The notes: a model not told the origin generated them from the letters alone. Shown: positions 10,339 through 19,782, counted from the first letter of the stretch. The stretch is 64,000 nt of DNA from an uncultured Acidobacteriota bacterium (GCA_963770895.1 CAVYRF010000002.1:2336001-2400000), one strand, 5' to 3'. A program made the numbers and translations.

Positions 10339-12357
10339 TCACTGCACCGTGTAGGTGTAGATGCCGTTTTCGATCGTGCCGGCGTAGATCGCGGCGGGCT
10401 GGCGCGGGCTGAGCGTCAGCGTGCCGGTCAGGTTGCCGAACGACGACAGGGCGAACTGCGGCAGACCGCCGACGATCGGGTACCAGGATTTGCCGCCGTT
10501 GGTGGTGCGATAGACGCCGAAGCCGCCGCCGGCGTACATCGTCGCCGGCGCCTGCGGATCGATCGCCAGGAGGGTCGGCGAGCTCAGGAAGATCGTGCCC
10601 TTGATCGGCAGCTTGCCGTCCGCCTCGGTCCAGGTCGCGCCGCCGTTGGTGGTGAGGAAGACGCCCTGCTGCTCGCTCAGCAGCACCCGGTTGCCGTCCG
10701 CCGGGTCGATCGCCAGGGTGACGAAACCCATGCTGCGGCCGCCGGTGGTGTGCAGCCCGGCGTCGATCTGCTGCCAGCTGGCGCCGCCGTCGGTGCTCCG
10801 GAAGAGGTCGCCCAGCTGCCTGCCGTGCGGGCTGGAGAAGGTGGCGAACGCGTACAACACGCCGGGACCGACAAACAGTGCCTCGATCGACGTGTTGCCG
10901 AGCGTGAGACAGCTCCAGGTGTTGCCGCCGTCGGCGCTCTTGAACGCCGGGCAGCCGGCGAAGCATCCGGAAAGGAACCCGGCCGAGGCCACCACGTAGA
11001 CGTCGTCCGTATGGCTGGGGTCGATCCCCAGCTGGCTCACGCCGATGCAGGCGCCGTGGCCGCTCCCCGCCAGCACGCTCCAGGTGTTGCCGCCGTCGGT
11101 CGTCTTGATCAGCCCTTGCGGCGATCCGGCGTAGAGCGTCGTCGGCGTCACCGGATCGATCGCCAGGGTCCCCAGGTAGTCCGCCACGAAGGCCGGTCCC
11201 ACCAGGTGCCACTGCTGGCCGGAGCTGCCGCTCTTGAGCAGGCCGGGGCCGGCGGCGGCGTCACCCACCACCGCGTACAAGTTGCGCGGGTGCACCGGGT
11301 CGATGACCAGCGCCAGCGTATTGGTGGCGTTGATGCCGCTGCTGGCCTGCTGCCACGTCGCCGCCGCGTCCTGGCTGGACCAGACGCCGCGCAGCGTCGT
11401 GCCGGCGTACACCGCGGTCGCCGAACCGGGCGGCGCCGCCAGCACCAGCGGCTGGCCCGGCGCGACATTGGTCGCGGTCCAGCTGTTGCCGCCGTCGGTG
11501 CTGCGGGTCGCTCCGGCGTAGACCACCCCCAGACCCACCGCCAGCGGATAGCCGCCGGGTGCGACAGCCTGCCAGCTGGCGCCGGCGTCGGCGCTGCGAT
11601 AGGTCTGCGGCTGGCTGTCGGATGTGTAGGCGACGTAGACGATCCCCGGCTTGGTGCGCGGATCGATGGCGATCAGGAGCGGCGTCGAAGCGTCGGCGCT
11701 GCCGATCGGCAGCCCCTGGTCCGCGACCGACCAGCTGGCGCCGCCATCGGACGTGCGCAGCAGCTGCTTGTTGAGCTGGTCGTATCCGTAGACCGTCGCG
11801 GCAGCGCCGGGGTCGATGGCGAGCGCCGTGACGCGGCCGTGCGCCGCCGCCGGCAGCTCCGTCCAGGTGGCGCCCCGGTCGCCGCTCTTGTAGATGCCCG
11901 GCTGGGAACCGGCGTACAGGGTCGCGGGGTCCGACGGATCGACCGCCAGCGCATAGAAAACGGCAAATTGGCTCGGTGACGCCAGCGATTGCCAGCTGGC
12001 GCCGGAGTTGGTGCTGACGGCCGCCTGCGCCTCGCCCATCACGTACACCGTGGCCGGGTCCTGGGGGTCGGCGACGATCGACGTCACCGCCGCACCCGGC
12101 AGACCCCGGCTGGTCCGCACCCAGCTGGTGCCGCCGTCCTGGCTGCGGTACACCCCGGCGCCGTCGCTGCCCGCCCACAGCAGCCCCGCCTGCGCCGGCG
12201 ACGCCGCCAGCGCATTGATCGGCCCACCGTTCGGCCCCAGCGGCGTCCACACGTTGATCCCCGCCGCCGCCGGTCGCCCGCCGCCCAAAACCATCAGCCC
12301 AGCCAACACCCCCAACCCCAAACGACGAACCACAACCCAACGAGTCGCCACTTGCAT
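10339..12357 (-). CDS. Secreted BNR/Asp-box repeat beta-propeller protein (VPS10/Ycf48-like)
   Basis: Signal peptide ending PAAA; many S/T-x-D/N-G-G-x-S/T-W boxes alternating with LAIDP..P.T.YAG. Alternative start at 12384. Confidence 0.85.
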   Translation of the reverse strand: MQVATRWVVVRRLGLGVLAGLMVLGGGRPAAAGINVWTPLGPNGGPINALAASPAQAGLLWAGSDGAGVYRSQDGGTSWVRTSRGLPGAAVTSIVADPQDPATVYVMGEAQAAVSTNSGASWQSLASPSQFAVFYALAVDPSDPATLYAGSQPGIYKSGDRGATWTELPAAAHGRVTALAIDPGAAATVYGYDQLNKQLLRTSDGGASWSVADQGLPIGSADASTPLLIAIDPRTKPGIVYVAYTSDSQPQTYRSADAGASWQAVAPGGYPLAVGLGVVYAGATRSTDGGNSWTATNVAPGQPLVLAAPPGSATAVYAGTTLRGVWSSQDAAATWQQASSGINATNTLALVIDPVHPRNLYAVVGDAAAGPGLLKSGSSGQQWHLVGPAFVADYLGTLAIDPVTPTTLYAGSPQGLIKTTDGGNTWSVLAGSGHGACIGVSQLGIDPSHTDDVYVVASAGFLSGCFAGCPAFKSADGGNTWSCLTLGNTSIEALFVGPGVLYAFATFSSPHGRQLGDLFRSTDGGASWQQIDAGLHTTGGRSMGFVTLAIDPADGNRVLLSEQQGVFLTTNGGATWTEADGKLPIKGTIFLSSPTLLAIDPQAPATMYAGGGFGVYRTTNGGKSWYPIVGGLPQFALSSFGNLTGTLTLSPRQPAAIYAGTIENGIYTYTVQ

Positions 12358-12403
12358 CGCATATTCCCCATTTACCAACTCCATTGTAGCGTCCCCATGC
12401 CCC

Positions 12404-13807
12404 TCAGTTGCAGGCGAAGGCGCTGGTGTCCTGGATGGGGAGGAAGGCGGCGTTGGGCGGGTTGACGTAGCGGCGGGCGGCGCCGGTGGCGGTGTCGGTG
12501 ACGGTGATGACGACCTGGACGTCGGTCAGGCCGCCGGCGAAGACCCAGAAGTGGCCGCCGATGGTGCAGGCGTTGAGGACCTTGACCAGCAGCTCGATGT
12601 TGGTGGCGGCGAAAAACCAGAAGGCGCCGGTGTCGGCGGTGATGGGCAGGGTGGTGCCGGCGCCGGCGGTGGTGTCGGGCAGGAGCCATTCGGTCTGGAC
12701 GATGAAGCGGGCGTTGTCCAGGCACATGCGGTTGGCGGCCGGCGAGCAGGCGGGCGGCGGGGTGGGGCCCTTCCAGCCCAGCTGCACGACGTCGAAGTCG
12801 GCGGCGGACAGGTTGCCAAAGGCGGGGTTGAGCACGTCGTTATCCCAGCGGGTGTCGTAGGTGCCCTGGATGTACATGTCGCTGCCGTTGTCGGCCAGGA
12901 TCAGGCCGTAGGTCTTCATCGCCTGGAAGATCTTCTGCACGTAGGCGGGGTAGCCCGAGATGTCCTTGGCGGCCTTGAGGCGCAGGCGGGCGCCCATCGG
13001 CGGCGCGGCGGGGTTGGAGCCGGCGTCGTGCGAGGCGGGCCAGACGTGGCCGTTACTGTCGTGCACGGTGAAGCGGAAGGCGTGGCCGATGGGGTTGGGG
13101 CCGAACACTTCGTCGTAGCGGATCAGGCCGGGCAGGATGGCCAGGCCGGCGGCGTCGGCGCTGGTCCAGCCCTCGGGGCGCCGGGCGTCGGAGTCGAGCG
13201 GGAAGACGGCGCCGGAGCCCGCTTCCCAATGGTCGCTGTTCCAGTGCGCCTGGTAGAGCTCGAAGAGCACCCGGTGATCGCGGTCGACCAGCAGCATGTG
13301 GCAGTCGTCGGTGGTACAGCCGCCCGGATAGCCGCCCTCGATCCACTTGGGCTGGGTGCGCGCTGCCACCGGGATGGGGTAGCCGGGCGGCCGGCCGGGA
13401 GCGCCGGCATCGCTTTCATCGCCGTAGAGGACGAACTTGACCTGTTCGAGCGGCTGGCTGCCGGGCACCACGATGTAGGGAAACCCGTAGATGGAGTAGG
13501 AGGTGCTGGGGTCGTCGCCGCCAAAATCCGGGTGCAGAGGCGTGCCGGTGCCGCCGATGAAGTCGATGAGCGAGGCGCTGGAGGGGTCGACCGGCACGGC
13601 GCTGATGTCTTCGTTCCACCAGTTGTCGGGCGGAAACAGCGGCAGCGGCGGCGGCAGCGTGCCGCCCAGCTGCTGGGGCGCCGCAGCCGCCGCGGGCGCG
13701 CTGGCGGCGCCGGCGACGGGGCCGGACGTGGCGAGCGCCAGCGTCACCGCCGCCGCCAGCGCTGCCAGCCGGGGTCTTGGGGTCGCCGCTGTCGCCGCCG
13801 GTTTCAA
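12404..13807 (-). CDS. Secreted protein: uncharacterised N-terminal domain plus C-terminal ~110-aa repeat-family domain
   Basis: Signal peptide; conserved-looking motifs FPPDNWWN, LHPDFG, YGDESD, WTSADAAGL, ADNGSD. The C-terminal CLDNARF..TGAFWFF..NIELLVKVL..FWVFAGGLTDV..IQDTSAF domain is shared with the gene at 55784-57691. Confidence 0.8.
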   Translation of the reverse strand: MKPAATAATPRPRLAALAAAVTLALATSGPVAGAASAPAAAAAPQQLGGTLPPPLPLFPPDNWWNEDISAVPVDPSSASLIDFIGGTGTPLHPDFGGDDPSTSYSIYGFPYIVVPGSQPLEQVKFVLYGDESDAGAPGRPPGYPIPVAARTQPKWIEGGYPGGCTTDDCHMLLVDRDHRVLFELYQAHWNSDHWEAGSGAVFPLDSDARRPEGWTSADAAGLAILPGLIRYDEVFGPNPIGHAFRFTVHDSNGHVWPASHDAGSNPAAPPMGARLRLKAAKDISGYPAYVQKIFQAMKTYGLILADNGSDMYIQGTYDTRWDNDVLNPAFGNLSAADFDVVQLGWKGPTPPPACSPAANRMCLDNARFIVQTEWLLPDTTAGAGTTLPITADTGAFWFFAATNIELLVKVLNACTIGGHFWVFAGGLTDVQVVITVTDTATGAARRYVNPPNAAFLPIQDTSAFACN

Positions 13808-15435
13808 TGGTTGGCGGGGTTGGTGACGTTGGAGTTGGTGGTGATGAAGCGGGCGATGTTGTCCTTCAGGGCTTCGCGGTCGGCGCGGCGGATGTACATC
13901 ATGTGACCAGCATTGTAGTACATCATCGATATGCGGTCCGCGTAGGTGGCGTCGAAGCCGATGTGGTTGAAGGTGTACTGGGTGGCGAAGAACGGCGTCG
14001 CCAGGTCGTAGTAGCCGTTGTTGACCAGGACCTTCAGGTTGGGGTTGATGGCCATGGCGAAGCGCAGGTCTTCGGCGACGTTGACGTACTGGTTGTCGTA
14101 GGGCCGGTAGTTCCAGGGGCGCACCTTGTCGGTGAGCAGCTCGTAGTTGAGCTCGCTCTTGAAGCCCAGCTCGCGCTCGATGTAGTCGTTGAACACCGCC
14201 GCGAAGGGTCCCGAAAATGCGGCGTTCGCCGGGTCGAATTCAAAGCGGTCGGCCGAGGCGGTGCGGTCGACGCCCTTGAAGCGGGTGTCCAGGCGGCCGA
14301 CGGTCAGGCGCTCGGAGCGCAGCAGCTCCTTGACGAACTCGAAGATGGGCGGCCGCAGGTTTTCGGACTCCAGGAAGCCCTGGGACAGGCCGGTGTAGCG
14401 CGCCAGCTTCTGGGCGACCTGGTGGCGCTCGTCGGCCGAGAGGGTGTTGCCGCGCATCAGGGCCAGGGTGTATTCGCCCGCCGCAAAGCGCTCCGCTTCG
14501 GCCAGCGCCTTTTGCAGGTCGCCCTGCTGCAGGTCGGCGGGGAGCTTCTTGTGGTACCAGGCGGTGGCGGTGTAGGTGGGCAGGAAGAGCGGGTAGGGCA
14601 GGTCGTTGCCGACGTCGAAGCGCGCCGTGCCGAAGTTGAGGATCGACGACACCAGCACGATGCCGTTGAGGTAGATGTTGAGCTTTTCCTGCAGATAGCG
14701 CGACAGGCCGGCCGAACGGGTGGTGCCGTAGCTCTCGCCGGCCAGGAACTTGGGGCTGGACCAGCGCTCGTAGCGCGCGATGTACTCACGGATGAAGTCG
14801 CCCACCGACTCGATGTCCTCGCGCACGCCGTGGAAGCTGGCGGCGTCTTCGCCCGGCGCCGGCCGGCTGAAGCCGGTGCTCACCGGGTCGATGAAGACCA
14901 GGTCGGTGACGTCCAGCAGCGACTCGTTGTTGTCGGCGATCTGGTAGGGCGGCGGCGGCGCCCAGCCTTCGTCGTCGAGCACCACCCGGCGCGGACCGAA
15001 GGCGCCCATGTGCAGCCAGGCCGAGGCGGATCCCGGTCCGCCGTTGTAGGCGAAGGTGATCGGGCGCCGCCCCATCTCCAGGAAACCGTCGCGGGTGTAG
15101 GCGGTGAAATAGATCGTCGCCCGCACCTTGCCGTCGTCGTTCTTGAGCAGCATGGTGCCGGTGGTGGCGGTGTAGGCGACGTCGTGGCCGCCGATGCGCG
15201 CCCGGTGATGGGTGGTGATCAGCTTCTCTTCCGGCGTCCGGCCGTGCTCGGAGCGCCCGGCGGCGTCTTCGTGCCGCGCCGCGGCGCCGTCGGGCGTCCG
15301 CCCTTCCGGTCGGGACGCCTCCTCGCGCGGCGCGGGAGCGTCCGGCGGACGTTGAGCGACGGCGGGAGCGGCCGCCGCCAGCAGGGCCGCGGCGGCGGAC
15401 GCGACGATCCAGGTGGTGCAAATGCGCTGTGACAT
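13804..15435 (-). CDS. Serine carboxypeptidase, peptidase S10 family, secreted
   Basis: NGGPGSAS, DLVFIDPVSTGFS, GESYG (nucleophile), GYYDLATP, AGHMMY; signal peptide. Confidence 0.92.
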   Translation of the reverse strand: MSQRICTTWIVASAAAALLAAAAPAVAQRPPDAPAPREEASRPEGRTPDGAAARHEDAAGRSEHGRTPEEKLITTHHRARIGGHDVAYTATTGTMLLKNDDGKVRATIYFTAYTRDGFLEMGRRPITFAYNGGPGSASAWLHMGAFGPRRVVLDDEGWAPPPPYQIADNNESLLDVTDLVFIDPVSTGFSRPAPGEDAASFHGVREDIESVGDFIREYIARYERWSSPKFLAGESYGTTRSAGLSRYLQEKLNIYLNGIVLVSSILNFGTARFDVGNDLPYPLFLPTYTATAWYHKKLPADLQQGDLQKALAEAERFAAGEYTLALMRGNTLSADERHQVAQKLARYTGLSQGFLESENLRPPIFEFVKELLRSERLTVGRLDTRFKGVDRTASADRFEFDPANAAFSGPFAAVFNDYIERELGFKSELNYELLTDKVRPWNYRPYDNQYVNVAEDLRFAMAINPNLKVLVNNGYYDLATPFFATQYTFNHIGFDATYADRISMMYYNAGHMMYIRRADREALKDNIARFITTNSNVTNPANH

Positions 15436-15522
15436 CGACGGACCCCCCTCGAAAGCAATTGCAGTTCAACCTGTTCAGTACGCCTCGGGGAAGTGCGGGT
15501 TCCCAGCCGTGCGACGCAGCGG

Positions 15523-17058
15523 TCAGTAGCGCGGCACCGTGGGGTCCACCTGGACGCTCCAGGCTTCGATGCCGCCGGCGAGGTTGCGGGCCGCGGCAAT
15601 GCCGTGGCCGCGCATGAACTCGACGGCCTGGGCGGAGCGCATGCCGCTGTGGCAGTGCACCACGTAGCGCGCCGCCGGGTCGAGCTGGCCGATCTCGCCC
15701 GGCAGCTCCTGGAGCGGCAGCAGGCGCGAGCCTTCGATGCGACAGATCGCGTATTCCTGGGGCGAGCGCACGTCGAGCAGGGTGAAGTCGCGCCCCTCGG
15801 TGCGCCAGCGGCTGAGCTCCTGGACGGAGATGTCGAAGTCGTCGCCCTCCGCCGCGGCGTCCGCCGCGTGGTCGTCGCCGGCGGCGTGGCCGGATGCCGT
15901 GGCGGCTGCGGCCGCGGCGCGGGCCGGCGGCGCGATGCCGCAGAACTGGTCGTAGTCGATCAGCCCGTGCTGCGTCGGGTGGGCGGAGCAGATCGGACAG
16001 TTGGGGTCCTTGCGCAGCTTGAGCTCGCGGAACTTCATCTTGAGCGCGTCGAACAGCAGCAGGCGGCCGATCATCGGTTCGCCGGCGCCGACGATGAGCT
16101 TGATGACCTCGTTGGCCTGCAGCGCGCCGATGATGCCGGGCAGCACGCCCAAAACGCCGCCTTCGGCGCACGATGGCACCAGGCCGGGCGGCGGCGGCTC
16201 GGGGAAGAGGCAGCGGTAGCAGGGGCCGCGCGCGCCCCAGAAGATCGAGACCTGACCCTCGAAGCGGAAGATCGAGCCGTAGACGTTGGGCTTGCCGGTC
16301 AACACGCAGGCGTCGTTGACCAGGTAGCGGGTCTGGAAGTTGTCGGTGCCGTCGACGACGATGTCGTAGCCGGCAAACAGCTCCAGGGCGTTGCTGGCAT
16401 CGAGGCGCAGGGCGTGCGGCACCAGGTCGATGTGGGGATTGATGCCGCGCAGCCGGGCGATCGCCGCGTCCAGCTTCGGCCGGCCGACGTCGGCGTGGCT
16501 GAACAGCACCTGGCGGTGCAGATTGCTTTCGTCCACCACGTCGAATTCCACCAGCCCCAAGGTGCCGACCCCGGCCGCCGCCAGGTAGAGCCCGAGCGGC
16601 GATCCCAGGCCGCCGGTGCCGATGGCGAGCACGCGGGCGGCCTTGAGCAGGCGCTGCCCCTCCATCCCCACCTCCGGCATGATCAGGTGGCGGCTGTACT
16701 GGCGGATCTCCGCGGCGTCGAGCGACGGCAGCGCCGCTGCCGCGCCGCCGGCCGTGGCCGCGCCGGGATCGCCGGCGTCGCCGGTGCCGCCGGCGATCGA
16801 CGGGATGATGGTCAGCGTGTCGCCGGCGGCGATGGGCGTGGCGCCGCGCTCGAGGTGGCGCACGTCGTCTTCGTTGAGAAAGATGTTGACGAAGCTGCGC
16901 AGCGTGCCGTCGGCGGTGTACAGGTGGGGCTTGAGCCCGGGATGCTGGCGCACCAGGTCGGCCAGCGCCTGATCCACCGTGGTGCCGGCGACGTCCACGT
17001 CGGCGGTTTCGCCGGTGAACCGTCGCAGGGGGGTCGGAATCTGAATCGTCACAGCCAT
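15523..17058 (-). CDS. moeB: Fusion of a ubiquitin-like sulfur carrier (CysO/MoaD/ThiS) with a MoeB/MoeZ E1-like adenylyltransferase and rhodanese
   Basis: N-terminal IPTPLRRFTG..FVNIFLN..IIPSIAGG (Ubl); YSRHL, GTGGLG, SNLHRQ, CYRC, PSCAEGG, CPIC (E1); LLDVR..HCHSGMRS..LAGGIEAW (rhodanese). Confidence 0.92.
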   Translation of the reverse strand: MAVTIQIPTPLRRFTGETADVDVAGTTVDQALADLVRQHPGLKPHLYTADGTLRSFVNIFLNEDDVRHLERGATPIAAGDTLTIIPSIAGGTGDAGDPGAATAGGAAAALPSLDAAEIRQYSRHLIMPEVGMEGQRLLKAARVLAIGTGGLGSPLGLYLAAAGVGTLGLVEFDVVDESNLHRQVLFSHADVGRPKLDAAIARLRGINPHIDLVPHALRLDASNALELFAGYDIVVDGTDNFQTRYLVNDACVLTGKPNVYGSIFRFEGQVSIFWGARGPCYRCLFPEPPPPGLVPSCAEGGVLGVLPGIIGALQANEVIKLIVGAGEPMIGRLLLFDALKMKFRELKLRKDPNCPICSAHPTQHGLIDYDQFCGIAPPARAAAAAATASGHAAGDDHAADAAAEGDDFDISVQELSRWRTEGRDFTLLDVRSPQEYAICRIEGSRLLPLQELPGEIGQLDPAARYVVHCHSGMRSAQAVEFMRGHGIAAARNLAGGIEAWSVQVDPTVPRY

Positions 17059-17085
17059 GGGACCGTCTCCTTGTGTCGCCGGCCG

Positions 17086-17577
17086 TCAGCCGGCGCCGGC
17101 CAAGATCTCTTCTTCTTCGAAGCGCTCCCGGTCGTCGCGCAAGCGCCAGCTGCGGGCCGTGCCGGCTTGGCCCTGGCGCACCGCCACGATCAGGTACGAC
17201 AGGCCCGGCCAGGCGTGCTCGCGATCGAACTCGCTGGGTTCGGCCGGGTGGTCGGGATGGGAGTGGTAGTAGCCGACGACCGACAGGCCCGCGGCGCGCG
17301 CCTCCTTGTGCGCCGCGAGCACGGTTTCAGGGCTGATCACGAAGCGGTTGTGGCGGCTGTCCTGGCGCTCGTTGCTGGCCGGCACCAGGCGCTCCACGCG
17401 GGTGGCGCCGCCGGCGGCGGTGCCGAGCAGGAAGCCGCAGCACTCCTCGGGGTAGGTGCGCTCGCCGTGGCGGGCGATGGCCGCCAGGTCCGTGCCGGCC
17501 AGGGTGAGCGACGGCGGGCGCCCGGCGGAAGTGGCGGCGGTGGCGGCAGCGCCGCCGGCGGTCGGGTCCTGAGTCAT
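17086..17577 (-). CDS. JAB/MPN+ (JAMM, M67) metalloprotease, Mec-like
   Basis: YPEECCG and YHSHPDHPAEPSEFD = E..HxH-x7-S-x2-D JAMM motif. The ATG overlaps the cysM stop. Confidence 0.92.
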   Translation of the reverse strand: MTQDPTAGGAAATAATSAGRPPSLTLAGTDLAAIARHGERTYPEECCGFLLGTAAGGATRVERLVPASNERQDSRHNRFVISPETVLAAHKEARAAGLSVVGYYHSHPDHPAEPSEFDREHAWPGLSYLIVAVRQGQAGTARSWRLRDDRERFEEEEILAGAG

Positions 17578-18587
17578 GCGGAGACTTCCTCCCAAAACGG
17601 GTCCGACAGGTACTTGTCGGCGCCGTCGCACAGCACGGTGACGACGTTGGCGGCGGCGCCCGGCGGCACTTCGGCGGCGACTTCGAGCGCCGCCGCGACG
17701 TTGGCGCCCGACGAGATGCCCACCCGCAGCCCCAGCTGGCGCGCCAGCCGGCGCACCATGGCATAGGCGCTCTCGGTCGCAATCTCGCGCGCCGCGTCGG
17801 CCAGGGCCGGATCGTAGATGGGGGGCACCAGCGCCGACTCCATGTGCTTCATCCCCTCCAGGCCGTGGAAGGGCGAGTCGGGCTCGACCGAGATCAAGCG
17901 CACCCGCGGCAGCTGCGCGCGCAGGTAGCGCCCGACCCCCATGAAGGTGCCGCTGGTGCCCAGGCCGGTGACGAAATGGGTAATCTGGCCGGCGCATTGG
18001 GCGACGATCTCGGGGCCGGTGGTGCGGTAGTGCGCCTGCCAGTTTTCGGGGTTGCCGTACTGGTCCAGGTACGCGTAGCGGTCCGCATGGGCGGCGGCCA
18101 GGCGGCGCGCCTCCAGGATGGCGCCGTCGCTGCCCGCGAGCGGATCGGTCAGCACCACCTCGGCGCCGTAGGCGGCCAGGATCTGGCGCCGCTCGCGGCT
18201 GGCGTTTTCGGGCATGCAGAGGGTCACCGGGATGCGCCGCGCCGCGCCGATCATGGCAAACGCGATGCCGGTGTTGCCGGAGGTGGCGTCGAGCAGGCGC
18301 CGGCCGGCCGCCCCCGCTCCCGCCGCCAGCAGCCCGCGGCGCTCCGCGTCCAGCACCATCGCCAGCGCCGGGCGGTCCTTGACCGAGCCGCCGGGGTTGG
18401 CCAGCTCGGCCTTGGCGAACAGGCGCACCTGGGGCCGGCCGGTCAGCTCGGACAGGTCGATCAGCGGCGTATTGCCGATCAGCTCCAGCACGCGCCGAGG
18501 CCCCCCGGCGGCGGCGATACCGGTGCCGGCGCCGGTGCCGGCGGCAGGCTGGAGCCCGGCGCGGGATAGCGAGGTGGTGTCCGGCAT
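17574..18587 (-). CDS. cysM: PLP-dependent cysteine synthase (CysM-like)
   Basis: IGNTPL, NPGGSVKDR (PLP Lys), TSGNTG, GTSGT, CDGADKYLS. Confidence 0.88.
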   Translation of the reverse strand: MPDTTSLSRAGLQPAAGTGAGTGIAAAGGPRRVLELIGNTPLIDLSELTGRPQVRLFAKAELANPGGSVKDRPALAMVLDAERRGLLAAGAGAAGRRLLDATSGNTGIAFAMIGAARRIPVTLCMPENASRERRQILAAYGAEVVLTDPLAGSDGAILEARRLAAAHADRYAYLDQYGNPENWQAHYRTTGPEIVAQCAGQITHFVTGLGTSGTFMGVGRYLRAQLPRVRLISVEPDSPFHGLEGMKHMESALVPPIYDPALADAAREIATESAYAMVRRLARQLGLRVGISSGANVAAALEVAAEVPPGAAANVVTVLCDGADKYLSDPFWEEVSA

Positions 18588-18780
18588 CCTTTGCAAACCG
18601 ATCGAGCGGTGGTCCCCCCTGGAACCCATAAATATCACTGGTGCGGTCACGAATTCCGGCCGGGGCGCCAGGCGGCGGCCGGGCCTGGCCGCGAGGTGGC
18701 GGTGCCGGCAGGCGCCTGGGGATGTCGTGGTCCGCCGGCGAACGACGCGCCGGCGGGGGCCGGCGGCCGCGGCGGCCGCT

Positions 18781-19689
18781 CTACCGCGGCTGGAGCGCTT
18801 GCAGGATCTCGGGCGGCAGCGGCACCACCAGCGAAGCGGCGATCGACGCCGCGGTCAGCACCAGGCAGAGCAGCGCCGCGGCCTGGTGGTTGCCGCGCTC
18901 CGGCCGCAGCGGATCGAGCAGCCGCGCCACCAGGTAGCCGCCGATGAAGCCGCCGATGTGGGCGAAATTGTCCACGCCGCGCATGAGGAACCCGAAGATC
19001 GCCACGCTGATGGCGAAGCTCCATGCCTGCTGGCGGATGGCGCTGCTGCCGCTGCGCCGGCCGTAATACACCAGGGCGCCGATCAGGCCCAGGATGGGCG
19101 CCGAGGCGCCGACCGTCACCACCGCCCCGCCGCGGCCGATCAGGGCGATGACGGGGCCGAGCAGGCAACCGGTCTGCATGTGCTGCAGCAGCGCCATCGA
19201 GCTGCTGAGCAGGAAACCCGTCACCGACGACGCCGTGTAGAGGATGACCAGGCGGCTGGGGCCGTAGTATTCCGCGACCGCCGGCGCCAGCAGCCGCACC
19301 CAGTAGAGATTGAAGCCGATGTGCAGCAGCCCCGCGTGCAGCCAGCCGGCCGAAAGCGGTGTCCACCAGCGGTGCAACCCGTAGAGCGGCAGCGCGCCGC
19401 TGGCGCCAAATCGCAGCAGGCTCAGGTTGCTGGGCCCCAGGAAGTTGAACAGGCCCTGGGCCTGGATGCCGCTCGGATCGACCACCAGCATCAGCAGGTA
19501 CAGAAGGATGCACCCGGCCAGGATCGCGTCGACAAAACCCAGGTCGCGGCCCAGGCGCGCCAGCCAGGGCGTCAGCCCCCACATCCCCGGATTGCGCCGC
19601 CCGCAATAGAGGCACTCCTGCTGGCTGACTCCCACCAGGCGCCCGCAGCTGGGGCAAAGGACCGATCCGGTGCGCTGACGCCCAAACAT
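18781..19689 (-). CDS. Rhomboid intramembrane serine protease with N-terminal zinc-ribbon
   Basis: CPSC..CLYC; WLHAGLLHIGFN; GASAP (GxS); DNFAHIGGFIGG. Confidence 0.9.
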   Translation of the reverse strand: MFGRQRTGSVLCPSCGRLVGVSQQECLYCGRRNPGMWGLTPWLARLGRDLGFVDAILAGCILLYLLMLVVDPSGIQAQGLFNFLGPSNLSLLRFGASGALPLYGLHRWWTPLSAGWLHAGLLHIGFNLYWVRLLAPAVAEYYGPSRLVILYTASSVTGFLLSSSMALLQHMQTGCLLGPVIALIGRGGAVVTVGASAPILGLIGALVYYGRRSGSSAIRQQAWSFAISVAIFGFLMRGVDNFAHIGGFIGGYLVARLLDPLRPERGNHQAAALLCLVLTAASIAASLVVPLPPEILQALQPR

Positions 19690-19782
19690 GGCGCGTACTC
19701 TATCGTCTCCTGGAGGTGCGGGCGAGGCGGCGCATCCTCCCGCCGCCAAACCGGCGGCCGCCGCTCGGCCGCGGGCGCCGGT

